Source of the DNA: Amoeboaphelidium protococcarum X5
Taxonomy: Eukaryota > Fungi > Aphelidiomycota
Length of the DNA stretch: 64,000 nt
Assembly: GCA_023515725.1 (NCBI GenBank)
Contig: JALDTO010000154.1
Location: 310,001-374,000, forward strand
Direction of reading: 5' to 3'
The first letter of the stretch is position 1. Each line of letters starts with the position of its first letter. This document shows positions 39,279-52,516 of the stretch, piece by piece. The notes beneath the pieces were generated by a model. The model had not been told where the DNA came from, searched no databases, and saw only the letters and a list, made by a program, of their open reading frames with translations. The translations under genes were made by a program, and so were the position numbers.

Positions 39279-42200
39279 TCATTATTGGCGCTTTTGGATC
39301 TGCTTAAAAGCGCGCATATAGCCATTATATAGTGTATCCTTCTTCTTGATATCTTCTTTTGTTGGCTTTCGTTGCAGTTTAGAGCAGAAATCGTTTGAGT
39401 GGCCATCCACAAATACAAACTAACCAGCCGCGTTTTTGCTCTTCTGAACTTCCAGACATGCGGCGCAGACATGGACACTCTTGTCTAAAAACAATTTACC
39501 TAAAGGATCATCAATGTTATATTTACTTCGTGACACCTTCTTCACCAGCGCTTGCTCCGGCTCCGGCAAAATAAACTCATTCAGATCGAATCCATCAGGA
39601 TGTAGAGGCAGCCTTCTAGGAGAATCAAACACAAAGAGAGCTGGAGGATCTGCAATTTGCGTGAAAGCAGGACCGCTGAGAAGCGCAGACATACTACCAT
39701 CATCCACAACATCTATCTCATGCACATGTTGAGAATCCAAAAGCTGCTGTATCAAAAACGCCTACTGATCAAAGCTTTCAGTGTCGTGACCATCAAGACT
39801 GAATTCTGAATCCAATTAACTAGCACCGGAGACAACAACCTCATTATTGCTAGCCTATAATACTTTCGATTCTTCAATTTGCGACAATTAAGCATCTTCT
39901 GATGACTAAAGCGAAGGAACAGGATGCTGGAATACATGAATATTGTCATTCTGAAGATCATAAGAGAGCTTATTCAATTCATCCAAATGCTTCTGCATAA
40001 ATTATTTAGCCTGCGCCTTCTAGTCCAGACGTTTTAAAAACTCCAACATATGACACTGATGCTTGAACCCAAAACTCTCGAGACCAGCGATAGGATCGTC
40101 CATCGATTTCAGACGGAGTTCAATTTCTATATTCCACTTGGCTGTTAGTTCATTGACATTGATCATGTCACCGTTTTAGATCTGCCCCATCACCAATTCA
40201 ATAAAGAGCTCAATTTCTTATTCGCTTTCGATTGATCTCGGCACCACAGCCGATTTTAAAGATTCGGAGTAAATGGGATCTAATACCACACTAACATCTC
40301 CGCTTGTGTCCAACTTTTTAATGAAATTCTGAAGCCACATCAGCTATAGGTCTGGAACCACCTCATCTATTAACTAAGAGCCTTCGACTTCTTCTTCATT
40401 TATAACAGCAAAATTAGATTCTAAACTACTTTCTGGTACATCAAATATATCGGCAAATTGGTCTTCATCCGCAATATCACTGAAATGAACATTCTGTACG
40501 CCACTGAGACAACCAAAGCTTTCGACATCTTTCGATGTCATGGGAGTCCAAAACACTTTATACATAGGCTGAGCATCAAACAAATCCGGATATTGCTGTC
40601 TGATTGAGACAAGAGCTTGCATTAACCCAAAATCATGCATGCCGAAATTCGACATCAACTTAGATTTAGATGCCATTTTGCAATTCCATTGAAAGACCAA
40701 ATCCATCACCACTAAATCAGCTAGCTCTTATGACATTTATTTAGCCTTGATAGAGTTTCTCAAGTAGAAATGGAAGCCTTCTTATTTAGAGCTCCCCCTC
40801 GCACACTTCAACTTCAACAAGGAGGCGGATGCTGTGGACAGTTGACGATACAGATTCACGCCCGGTGGATCAGAAAGGCAGCCATTGAGTAGATGCTTCA
40901 ACTAATTCTGATGAGTTTCTAGAACAGATTTATTTATAAAATTTGGACACATGCCATGAAACTTAGTAACAACTTCATCAACACGAGCGGCGACTTTCTC
41001 AGCTTCAGGAATGATCCGTCTTATCCTACCACTAGCCAAATACTTTCTATACATCCAGTCCAACTACACGGGAGGAATCTACTTGTTACTCAGGTACTTC
41101 TTAACGGCCTCCACATCAGCCTAGCAATTGACAAATGTAGCATCAGACATAAACTGCAAAAATGATTTGTACAAAAAGTGATGTTTACTAACTTTGTAGC
41201 GATCAATAAAATGGAAAGAGTCCAGCAAAACTCGCTAGTGCTTAGCGCCATCAGTTGGCTCAGTGGATACTTCAGCATTACCGGCATTATTTTACACATT
41301 CTCTTTATTTTCACCATTGCTGTCGTTAGTCTCATTCACATTCTCCACTGCTGCAATCCCCAAATCTATTGCAGAAATATCATTTGCAGAAGGATTGCCG
41401 GAATTTGCGATACTTAATCCATGGTTCTAAGCAGCTTAATCAAACTCCACATCTAGCATCAACTAATCCAATCCTTCAGACGCAGAGAGAAGCAAACATT
41501 CATGCTGATAGTACAGAAGGAAAGACGCATACACGTCATCAACGGCGTATTAAATCTAAGCGGAGGACAATGATTGAGAGCTCCAGGGTGAGATGCGGCA
41601 TGCATGTTTAAAACTCATGGTTTTTTATAAGTGCTCTTCACAAAGAGCCTGGAGATTGAGATTCACCGAGCCATATTGATCTTTGTAAATTTGCTCCACA
41701 TCAACAAAGTTGAGAAGCGGCAGTCCAAAATCGCGCAATAATTTCAAACTATCACCTGAAATATTTACACCAGCTTTAATGACTTTAGATTGCATAAATT
41801 CCACCAGACACTGAGGCAACTCAGCAAAGAAAGAGAGTTATACTATAAGAGCGATCTTTCCGTCGCAAATCTGAATGACAGATGTCGGCCGCTCAGGAAT
41901 CCCAGCTTTATGCACTTTGTCCCACTCCATGTCAAAACCCACAAAATTCTAATTCAAAGTTAGCAAGCGACGTTTCAGCTCTTCTTAACACTTAATTAAT
42001 ACCACTTCACCTTCAAACTATAGCGTTGACAGCGGCGCACGATGAGTCTCAGTAAACGGCTTCAACAGAGAAGGAAAGCACTACTAAAGAACTGCACGAT
42101 CGTGACAACAGTTGTCAGTGTAAAATATCTGCGGACCTCCCATGACATATCTCTAACTAATCTTACTCAGTTGCATTTGAATTTCTTTCAAACCTGTAGA

Positions 42201-43457
42201 ATGCACGAAATAGAAACCACAAACGAGTCCAAATTCATTCATTACAGAATAGCAGCCTTTAAACAAGCGATTTTGATTTTTAACAGGCACCTTAGCAATT
42301 TTGAACGTATGATCACCACATAATATCTCGCCCTTAACCGACATTAATGTGTTAGACTTGTCCTGATGTACAGCTGATTGCCGCTCCTTGTATGCCAAAA
42401 TGAGACTAGGCTAAGAAGGAACCTGGCCACCGTATCCAGCACAATTAGAGTAACTGCCAAAATCTTAAACTTTCTTATTGTTACAAAACATAAATTTGGC
42501 GCCATATTTAAGCTACTAGATGGAATAAGTCTCAAAGCTAATTCTTTGCATTGAGTATACAGAATTATTAATTTCCTAATACAAATGTTAAAAATCTTAG
42601 AATGACTGCGAGTGGATGATTTAGCGGCAAAGCATCAGTAACAATGTATTGTCAATAGCCACCTTTGGATATACGACACACGGCAATTAGTTTTATACGA
42701 ATAATGGCAGCTTCTTAACAACATCCCGATCGTATCCACAGAACTACTTCGAGCAGGCCTTGCAGCGATAGCGCAAACACACTATAGAATACTCGCGACC
42801 AATTGCTGATACGGTTCTCGGTCCACATTTGTTCCACCCGATTTAAACCACACTACCTTCTCCAGCGTTACAAGATTCATTTGGACATTACAGATGGCGA
42901 ACATGTTCCCAAAAGAACAACTCAGGAATCCAAAAGAAACACCTAACACGGTGCCAATCCTATGCATCAATACTTTTAGAGAGCAAAGGATTCGGTGGAT
43001 CCACAAAGATATTCTCCCAGTTTGGAGTCATAGCAGGACGACAATCACATGGAGTAGGATTCTTCAACTGAGTGTTACAAGATTTTCCTCTGCCCTTCTT
43101 ACTCAGGTCACCCTTTTAGAATCTATGTATATCATCCACATGCTTTCTCAACCAGCTGTACTTATCATCCTTCAGCCATGATAGATGGCCTTTCTCCTCC
43201 TCATCTTCCTAGATAACTGTACCCTACACATTTTGAGACGAACTCTAAGTTACAATTCCAGTCGTGCTGTCTTGATTCATAGAGATAGAATCAGTGAGAT
43301 CCACAATTTGACTTCGGACATTCTACTACAGGCGGACAACATTCTCCGTTCCTTGAATTTAAACCCCAAAGCTCAATTTCTATTGTGCTACACTATCGCT
43401 GTTAGATGACTTCTATAAAGAACTTCCACCGAAGTTGAGCTTGGTAGAATCTTTCAT
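39279..43457 (-). mobile_element. Intact 1392-aa DDE transposase-like protein (DUF6729-like N-terminus, MULE/hAT-like D-D-DxxH-E) with inserted DEDDy 3'-5' exonuclease
   Basis: One frame from ATG 43457 to TGA 39279. Motifs in order: FFWIPE..CP..C..GW..GPRTV..RYRCKAC; CGDHTFK (42312); YTDNCC (42114); exonuclease VGFDMEWD (41931), GVNISGD, QYAVDD (41535); RVLLDSFH (41220); GCLSDP; CARGSSKQEGFH (40779); C-terminal CxxC..H..C. Confidence 0.78.
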
Positions 43458-43890
43458 TTAGCACTACAAAGATTGGTGATTGTTAAGTATAGAACACTCT
43501 AAAACGACTTACAATCTTTCGATGATTGTATTAATTCTAATACGAATATCTTTTGTTGCAATGTGGGCAAGTCCAGCTATCGGACTTGCGCACAGGACCA
43601 GGAGTAATCTTCTACTTCTTCAGTTTCATGCGGAGACCACCAAACTCTCTCAAATGATTAGTTAATGCAGTGAATCGAGCTACACACGCATACTTTTTCA
43701 TCAAAAGCAATTATTAAAGAAAAGATAGAATTACTTCTTGATAAGTTAGATTTATTCTACAACAGTGGTTTACGTATTCTAACCACTAACTTTTAATGCA
43801 AAGTAGAATAGTTGCGACTCGTGGCTATTTGTTTCAGCGACTTGTCTCCGACACGATGATTTCTTTCGACGGCTCCGACATGAGCCCCCT

Positions 43891-43929
43891 GACTCCGACT
43901 CCGACTCCGACTCCGACTCTGACTCCGAC
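43891..43929 (+). repeat. (GACTCC)n hexamer tandem repeat, probably a transposon subterminal repeat
   Basis: GACTCC x4, GACTCT, GACTCCGAC. Further TCCGAC/GCGAC copies occur at 43814-43880. Confidence 0.8.
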
Positions 43930-44101
43930 ATTTTCTTTTGAGTAGATCTAACCTATACATCCCCATATTTCTCTCTCACTGTGATTTTAACGTTTTCAAT
44001 TAAGAGAAAAATGAGATCGGCTTTTACGGAAATTAACGGCAAACTGCCTGATATCAGAAAAGCTATATAATACAAAACAATCATTATCTAACTGATGTTA
44101 A

Positions 44102-45655
44102 TCACCTAAACTGCATGGAAGAATCATTTGATGTGAACATTGTCCAAAGGCGCGAAGCACTGGAAGGACCTAATCGTCGTAGCTGCGGATTAGATGGATC
44201 GATAGTTCGCTCCACCACCATGTCACCTAAAACAACTTCAGCCTGTCTTGCACTTTAAATACCTCGGATTCTCCGTCTAAATGATGATACCGTGGGATAC
44301 TGTCTAACAATAGCCTATGCCACAGGAGGTGTTATTTTGAAAACTTGAAGCAGCATTCGGAGCCAGGTATCGGTTAGATCTTTACCACTTCCGCCAATGT
44401 CATCGGTGCAAATATTCTCATCAACAGCAAACGTTTTAACTAGAACATCAGGACCACTAGCAATCTCACGTGTAAGAGTCAATATCCATTCACTCACATT
44501 CTCACCCTTGTATACATTAATAACACGAACATCTGAGGAAATTTCCAACATTAGTAACGCGTTCTCAATTTCAAACTTCTTCACATTGAGGCCGTTGTTG
44601 AGTTACAGCTACTAACCAGTTTTAAATGCGCGCTATAGTTCAACCTTCTACTTCCTAAAGTGCTGCTCAATGTCATAAACTATAAGTATAAGTTTTTTAT
44701 TCGGAAAAGAACTCTTGATACTCTCTATTGTGACTGCAAGCTGACCACCACCTATAAGCTAAGCCAAGTTGCAGCCATCCATCAGATACGCGACAAATGG
44801 TTCTTTGTGGATATAAGGCGTGTCAATGGGATTGAACAGACCCGCTTACTGATCCCACACTCGCCTCGACTCACGTTCCCATAGAATCGTACGACTGTAA
44901 GAGTTGTTGACAACATTAATGCTGGCGCCCACGGCTTCCATTTGCACTCTGATCTCTTCAAGCTTATCCACTGGAGTCCGTGAATCAATCAGCAACGACA
45001 TCTCTTGAACATTCTTGTTCTTGTCTATCGTGATAGCGTTGGCCTTCGCAATCGCCTTCTCCTATTCTTTGGCTTGTTTCAGTCGTTGTTTCTCCTCCTA
45101 CTTGAGTCGTTTCTGTTCCTCTTTTGCACGTTGAGCTTCAAGCTTTTTCAAAAGTTTTTCCTGCGCCAGAGCTTCTTTATCGCCAGCATTATTACGCGAC
45201 CGTTTCACCTATTTACTGTTATGGATTGCACTATCAAAGCCAGCGGTGCTCTGGGAAAAGTTGGAGCGCGCATTACTGAGAGGCTGCGGTTGAGACGCGC
45301 TTTCAAAACTAAAATGAGGCCTCTCCTCAGCCATGCTCTAACTGAAACTAAATAACGTTGCAGCATTGTTAGCATTACTCGCAATGTCTTCAAAAGTTGG
45401 CAGGTCATCATGATTATCATCTTCACCATCATTCAGCAGGCCATCATTATTCTCATTAAATGCATAGTCAGACTAGACAATGTCTATGCAGTCCATATCG
45501 TTTAACGGTACAATGTCAGAATCTTGAGTAAAATCAAATTCAACCTCCACCTGGGAAGACTCTTTCACTTACTGAGAGTATATATTTTCATGCACGTTGA
45601 CATCTTCTTCATTTTCACTGGACAGTAAACTGATGACTTCAATCTAGCCCTTCAT
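44102..45655 (-). CDS. EME1: Crossover junction endonuclease subunit EME1/Mms4
   Basis: Acidic N-terminus and coiled coil. ERCC4-like region, then GKDLTDTWLRMLLQVFKITPPVAQAIVRQYPT..RRLGP. 517 aa. Confidence 0.85.
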
Positions 45656-46163
45656 TGCTTCCACTATAGTGGCAAAGGGGTTCTCGCTTCAATCTAAATT
45701 TTGGCTCGCAGGAAAAGCGAGTAATTATCGGCCGAAACACTGAAAAGAAACTAACAAATTACAACGACTGCTCGGCGCACGTTATCAGGGAACCTTATAA
45801 TTACTTTCTAGAATTCGACTTTAAATATGTATTGGTCTTTCCAGAAGAACACTATTTTTGCATTGTGGTTCAGATTCGCAAAACGGCTATCGATTATACT
45901 AACGTGGTAACACGGTATACAAGCTGCGTTGAGCAGCAGGAAATACACGTCAATAAGTGGTGCGCCTGAAATCGTACTGTAATCAGCAGACACGTAGCTG
46001 ACAAACGCCATTATCTGAAATTACATTAAAGAATAGGATTGCCTTCATAATGTGAAATCAAATAACGCTCGGTCTTGCGTAGCAATCAATTGAAACATTT
46101 TAAGCAGTCTCTTAATACATATATATTCATAGAAATTTTTTATATTGCATTAACATCATATCT

Positions 46164-48185
46164 TCATAAATCTTTCTTATTTTCAAGCGGCACACTATCA
46201 TCCATGACATACATTTTCAAATGCATTTTGATCAAAAACCTCAGCATGAACATGGATACAATGAGCGCGGCGACACTAATAACGTTCTGAAACGCGTAAC
46301 TACTTAGTATAGTCTACGTGTTAACCAAGGTAAAAGCAGTATTGAGAGCAGGCTTTCTGAATTGCGGCAAAAATGTAGGCGTTATCAGAAAAGCCAGCTA
46401 TAACACCATACTAGACAATGCTCCAAGCAAAGCAAATGGAGACCTCATTCCAGACAGCGCCACACTCACCATGTTCACGAGGATAGTAGTCATACAAGTT
46501 CCCACCTTGAACTGTAGCACTGTATAATCGACCGAGTTACCGCCCAAAATCAAAAGGTAGAGCTCCAATAGAAACATTACATTGTCGATAACTATACATG
46601 CAATTGACACAAGATATGCTTAGGTTGCGTACTAGCATTTAGTAATACTACGATAAACAATCATGACGACCAGCAAAGCAGCTAGTACGGAGCACTTGAT
46701 TATGTTGCCCATCTCAATAGAACCCAACTGCAGCGAAAGCAGACTCAGCAGTAAATCAAATGAGATAGCCACAAAAATATTGGTCCATACTGCTTTCGCA
46801 GCTGATCTGTCGTAATTACTGTTAAATACAGAGGGGGTATGGAAATACCATCTCTTCCACCACGGTTTCTTCTGCAGCACCTACGTGTTACTACGAATAT
46901 TGCTCACTTTCTACGCGTAGAACAACACACGAGAAGATACCAATATTCTATACTTGATAAGTAACGAAAATGCTGCCATCTTTAAGCAGCCCAAAAACAA
47001 AGGAAGACTCGCACGCAGATTATCCAACGGATTTCCAATGACAGTGGCAACCATTATAATTTGACCAAGTATAGGGATTATAGCCATGGAGAGTGATTGC
47101 ACAAGACTAGCAAACGATCCGGCACAAAGAGCAAAGATTATAGCGTAGTACTCGACTTGATGAAATGCCAAAGTGCCCGAGATCTGACCGTACACTCTAT
47201 TTATATATTTGTATTCCGTAAGGTAATACACTGCTGTCATCTGAAGTAGCAGAAATAGCGTAGATACGACAGTAGACGCCTTATGATGTACTTCATACCA
47301 CTGGACTAAAGAATACCTAATCACCAGGTATCCGCTAAAAGCAATAGACAAAAGCGCAAAGCTAAGCAAGCCATATATAAGCCATAAAATTTCATCATAT
47401 CTGATGATTGGGTTGGCCACAGCAACTGTATAGAAAAGGAAGGCCAAAATTGCTAGCAGGCAGTTCCTTTTACACACGCGAATTTGAGAATGCTTCTGGT
47501 ACTCTTGTTCAAACAGAGTGTCTCTAAACACAGCCCGGCGCAAGTCCAAAATCTGGGACACCTTCTCCGCATCAGCCCATATGTTAGTGATGTCTTCAGA
47601 AAACACAACTTTGGCAGGGAGGAAAGCTAGAGACTTCCCCGCGCGATTGCCACCAGTTGCCGGGGTTGATCCAGACCCAGGAGAAGAACTGCCCTTCTAC
47701 AGTCCATCGTCCAAATATATTCTATTCAGGAAAGAGTGGCGATACTGGTCAGTGCCCAAATGCGGGTCATGTCTTACAACGGATGCACCAATTGAACTTA
47801 TATTAGATGAGTCGGTCTGCCTGATATTCTTAGTCTTTACAATCGGCTCGTGTGAATTCACTTCACTGATTTAGCTCTTACCATTCTTACTCTCGGGATA
47901 GCTATCTTAATGGCTTGTCTAGGTGCTGATTATCTAAGTGTTGAGCAGTTGAGTGTTGATAATCTAAGTGTTAATCAAAGTCTAACCCGAAATAATTTAG
48001 GCGTTGACAACAGTCTAATCTGCCATAATCTAAGTGTTGATCAACGTCTAATCCGATACAATCTAGGCGTTGATAACAGTCTGATCCTAGGCGTTGATTA
48101 CGGTCATATCCGCCGTCTCAAATTACACATTACGGGTTTAATTGGCCTCCTCTGGTGATACTTCAATCCTTTCAGAGTCACTCAT
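46164..48185 (-). CDS. Polytopic membrane protein (about 2x6 TM) with N-terminal 11-aa repeats
   Basis: One frame from ATG 48185 to TGA 46164, 673 aa. It joins the ORF fragments 46911-47606, 46632-46880 and 46398-46610 through TAG=Gln. Confidence 0.8.
47915..48100 (-). repeat. Coding tandem repeat, 33-nt unit (DQTVINAQIVS-like)
   Basis: CTAGGCGTTGA/CTAAGTGTTGA units recur on the + strand. They translate as DQTVINAQIVS DQTLINTQIMA DQTVVNAQIIS GQTLINTQ IINTQ LLNTQ. Confidence 0.85.
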
Positions 48186-48587
48186 AACTTATAGATGCTT
48201 AAATTGAGATATATTTACAATTGCAGCAATATGTTTAAATGTACTCAACACTAAAAGTTCATACTCAAGATGTTGCGTCAAAGCATGTAGGCTATTATTA
48301 GACACTCATTTTACTTGAAACGGTGTGCAGTGATGGAAGGCTATTTATAGACACTCTTCATTTCCGAGTAGTCTAGAAGCACTAAAAATACTTCAAGAAG
48401 TTTCCGTGGAATGCACACGTTAAATATGATTGGATTCTCATTAAAAAATATTTCCAATAATAGATTCCAACCGAAGAAAATTGGCATACACTTAAATTGG
48501 ATTTTGCCTATAAATTCGCCTTTTACTGCTCTTCTCTCTCTTCCTTCTTCACAACAAACCAAAATCAAAAACAAAAAATATAACAAA

Positions 48588-48746
48588 ATGGGACAATCTT
48601 GGGCTGGAAATCCTGACTTCATTGGTAACGCTTCTGACTACGCACAGGTTGAGACTATCATCTCTGCACCTGCTGTTGCTGCATCCATTGCTGCTCCAGT
48701 TAGCGCTTCTGTTCAGCTGGTCTCTGATGGCTAGTTGACTTTGTGA
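48588..48746 (+). CDS. 52-aa microprotein, possibly N-myristoylated
   Basis: TATAAA near 48509, a pyrimidine tract and a long A/C-rich leader ending CAAAATG, with biased codons. Sequence MGQSWAGNPDFIGNASDYAQVETIISAPAVAASIAAPVSASVQLVSDGQLTL*. Confidence 0.6.
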
Positions 48747-48886
48747 AGACCCTGTGCTGGTGATAATATGACCTTGTGATTGTTGTCATTTAAATAGATT
48801 TTATCTTTTACCATTTAATCTCTTCTCTTTTCGATTACTTTGTATTCACTTTCAACGCGTAAATACACCCAACCCATAACTATACT

Positions 48887-49168
48887 ATGAGCTTTAGCCA
48901 CCTCATCCACCATGTATATATATCTATTGCTTGTGCGCACCGCCAATACGGGCACATTATATACGGGCACATTATGCGTCATCTCTTGGCTCATAATATT
49001 CCGGCGCCGTCAATATGGGTCAATATGGCCGATCGACCCCTTAATCCTGAAGAATTGCTGCGCCACACGCTCTATTTTGTCTTTGTTGAGCTCGCTGATC
49101 GCGCCTTGTCATTGGTAAACGCGTAGTTGAGCTCGATCAGGCCCAATACCCGTTTGATTCTTGTTTGA
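48887..49168 (+). CDS. Hypothetical His-rich small protein (93 aa)
   Basis: Open ATG-TGA frame followed by a second TGA. Internal 15-nt duplication ATACGGGCACATTAT. No homology recognised. Confidence 0.3.
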
Positions 49169-49954
49169 TGATATCAGTAAACTATTTAAACTTGCAATTA
49201 TCTGACAAACCCGTCTTTTCATTTGTCTACATCAAGAAAACGAAAAATTATTTGAATTGAATAGCAGAGAAAATGGGGCACAAGTAAACAACTTGCGATA
49301 AATTTTCCCAAGATGAAGATTCTATTCAAAGCAGCAGTGTGGTTTACAGCACTAGTTACTTATCAATTGAAATTGAGAAAGTCAAGGAGACGTTGCCAAC
49401 GAACTATCTTTAGGTGACGACTGCTGATCAAACGAATGCCTGAAACAAGCGATTTAAAAAGTGAAACAATGAGATGAAATATGAAATGAAATTTTTACTA
49501 AATATTTTATACAAATTTTTATATCACTTTAAGTAACACTATTTTACTTTTAAATTCAATAACGTTATCATTGAAAAGATTTGAGCACTTGCACATTATC
49601 TTGTCTCTGTCGAGAATCGGATTTATATTGTTCCGCGGCCGAGTAGTCCTAAGTTTAACCAAATGCAAACTCATCTTCATCTATAAACTCCTGATACTTT
49701 GGTGAAGTAATACCAAGTGCATCGGCCAGCCATCCACCAAATGCATCAATAACGGATAGGGCGCATGTGCCAGCACTTATCGCTGCTTTCTAAAAGTACT
49801 TCAACACCATTGATACTTGATTGCGGTTGCTACACTGAGTCAAGAGAGAAAGAGAAGAAGTGACATTTTTGATCAATAACTTATCTTCACGACAGTAAAA
49901 GAAAGGGGAAACCATTGAGATTGACGCACTGTTATATGTTAAAAATCATTATAA

Positions 49955-52516
49955 TCATTTCGGACCTTAATATCTGTTAGGCTGACTACCACCATAGTTA
50001 TTGCCATATTGGTATGAAGGTGGCTATTGGTGATACTAATTCTAGTTCTGCCCGGAGCTACCATACTATAACGGCTGACCAGGATTCCAAGTCGTCTGCT
50101 GAAGAGATGTATCAGCATATCCATAACCAGAAGGTCGCGGTGGAAGTGTAGGGGCATTCAACTGATATTATGGTGCAGTAGCATTCTGGTACTGTTAAGC
50201 GGGAGAAGAATATTGAGAGTGATAGTTATTCTAACCATTACCGGAAGTCCCAAGATTCATTCCAGCGAGACCTTCCGTGAGATCTTTCAACATGTCCTTC
50301 TTCTCTATACTTCTAGCCGTTACATAGTCATCAACTTGCGACTTGAGACGCTATAGAGCAGACTGAAGGTCGCTGTAAAATTTAATACCTTCTTGAAGAT
50401 TATTCGACAACTCTTTGAAAGCCTTATAGCCAAGATCTAAATTATTCAAAGCTATTTCTCTCGACTTGAGAGCATCATTGCTCTGCTTCTTGCGGTTAAA
50501 TCTCTCAAACGCTTCACGCAACTAATTGTTTAGCTGAATTTATTTAGAGGCAAAAGCCTCACAGCTTTAATGGAACTAATCATATGCCTTTAAACGAGCA
50601 GAGAATATTACATCATAATTCGTGTCTTTCCTAGCGTAAGCTTCCAGCAACTGCGTCCCAATATCATCTTTCGCCGACTGCTGTCTGCACTAGTCAATCA
50701 GTTAAGCACGCATCTTCACTAAGTCATCCAAGGACTGCATGGACGCTTTCACTTGCATCACATCCTGATCATTCTTCGCCAGCGAGGTTGACTGACTACT
50801 AGCAGGAATGAGGCTCTCCAGCTCTTGGCGAGAACTACTTAACGATTCAATATGAGGCAGGTTGCTATCAAATTTACTTTTAACCAGTAAGTCACTTTGT
50901 CGAGCAGTTTACACCAACTTTTCGCGCTTGTCCAACTGTTCTCTAAGATTCCTCTACAGCTCCAGAGAACGCGTGCGTGTCCACCTACTTACTCCAAATC
51001 TGTCGCGACACTCTTCATCATCTTTCTACTCATCCTCAAGTTATCGTCTAATCTGCGCCAAAAGTTCCTAATCTTCTTAAGCAAGAACATTCAAAGTCTA
51101 CAACTGCTATTGTAAAGACATTGCCCCACCAACCTGCTTAACTTCAGTCGACTTTTGGATAATCTCTTGCGGTAGGCCAATAGGCTGTTCATACGCCTGA
51201 ATAACAGATGGAAGGTTTCTACACCTCAACACTTCATTATACTCATCATTCTGCTTCTACAACTTGTCCGCGATAGATTTGACAACTATAGACTTGCGGT
51301 CATTGTATGCTTGGATCTGAGTATAGATCATGTACGGATAGAGCTTCTCAAATAGAGGCTTGCCAACTATTGATGTCATCTAAGGACTAGACAGAGGCGG
51401 AAATGCAATGGCTGAAGAAAGAGCCGCTTTATCTATGGCACTTAATGATGCCTAAGATGGTATTGGATCCAGGTATACAACGTCGTTATCCTTCTCAGAT
51501 CGCTTGAGTTGATCCTGCAACAGAGACTGGAAACTCTTCAACTCTTTGACAACCACGTCTGATAGGGCCTTGTGGAAATCCAGAGCCTTCTTCACGTACA
51601 ACTCTGCCAACTGCAATCTGGCAATCTCCTCGCCATACTTGCCATTCTCCACAACTTCTCTACTCTTCCTGTACTAGGCGATAGCGTTCATCCACAATGC
51701 TCGCATCTGCATAGCCACAAGCCACTCGGTCGGAAATATACATTTGCTAGAGGTGGGAGACTACAAAGTTTTATTGGCATGCTCATACGCCTGATTATAC
51801 AGCTCAGCCGCTCTACTAGCAATTTTCGCTATCGTACCATCCTTCACCTTGGACGCACCGCTGTCAACATCAATCATGATTTTGTGAAAGAAACACTCCT
51901 GTGCCAGCCCCAGATTAATGGCAATCAGACACTCCATTGCAGTGAGCGACATTTCAGGATTCGGACCGGCGGATTACATCTTGGTCGAATGATTATCTGC
52001 AATTTCCTAAAACACGCCAGCTGAACTTTAAAAGTAATTCGCAGCCTTCTTGACAGAATCTACACCCACGGAGCACTTTAGGCCCACCAGAGACAGAGCA
52101 GAATGCCCCAACTGATTGTACATGGCACCAATATTGAACAGTAGATGAGCCTTCTCAAAATCGCCACTAAAACTGGACACTGGCTTATTCTTGGCACTAC
52201 CAGAGGATGCGAATGACGAGTAATAACGCCACGGGACACGAACAGAAGAGCCACTAGGAGAGGAAGTCTCAGCACTGCTATTGTCGTCCAGCGGAATCTT
52301 TCCACACACAAATGACAGCTGACCATAATACTTGATTAGCTTATTCAGCGACTGCTCATGCGTCTCTGGAGATACCACTTCACTGCGCATTGCATCCAAC
52401 AACTGTAAGTCTGCAGCAAACTGGTCCGGATTCATAGAATACACATCTTTGATGTAGTCAGCGAGCGGCTGCTTTAAAGACACTGGATCAGTAGCTTTAA
52501 ACTGAATTTTGAACAT
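49955..52516 (-). CDS. Bro1-domain ESCRT adaptor (PalA/Rim20/ALIX family)
   Basis: Motifs: FEKAHLLFNIGAMY, LGLAQECF, KYGEEIARLQLA, EKDNDVVYLDPIP. V domain EGIKFYSDL and a Pro/Tyr/Gln-rich tail. 853 aa. Confidence 0.92.

Noticed and set aside
47915-48100. CRISPR-like repeat array
   Set aside because: The units are 33-nt in-frame coding repeats of a membrane protein, with no unique spacers and no cas genes.
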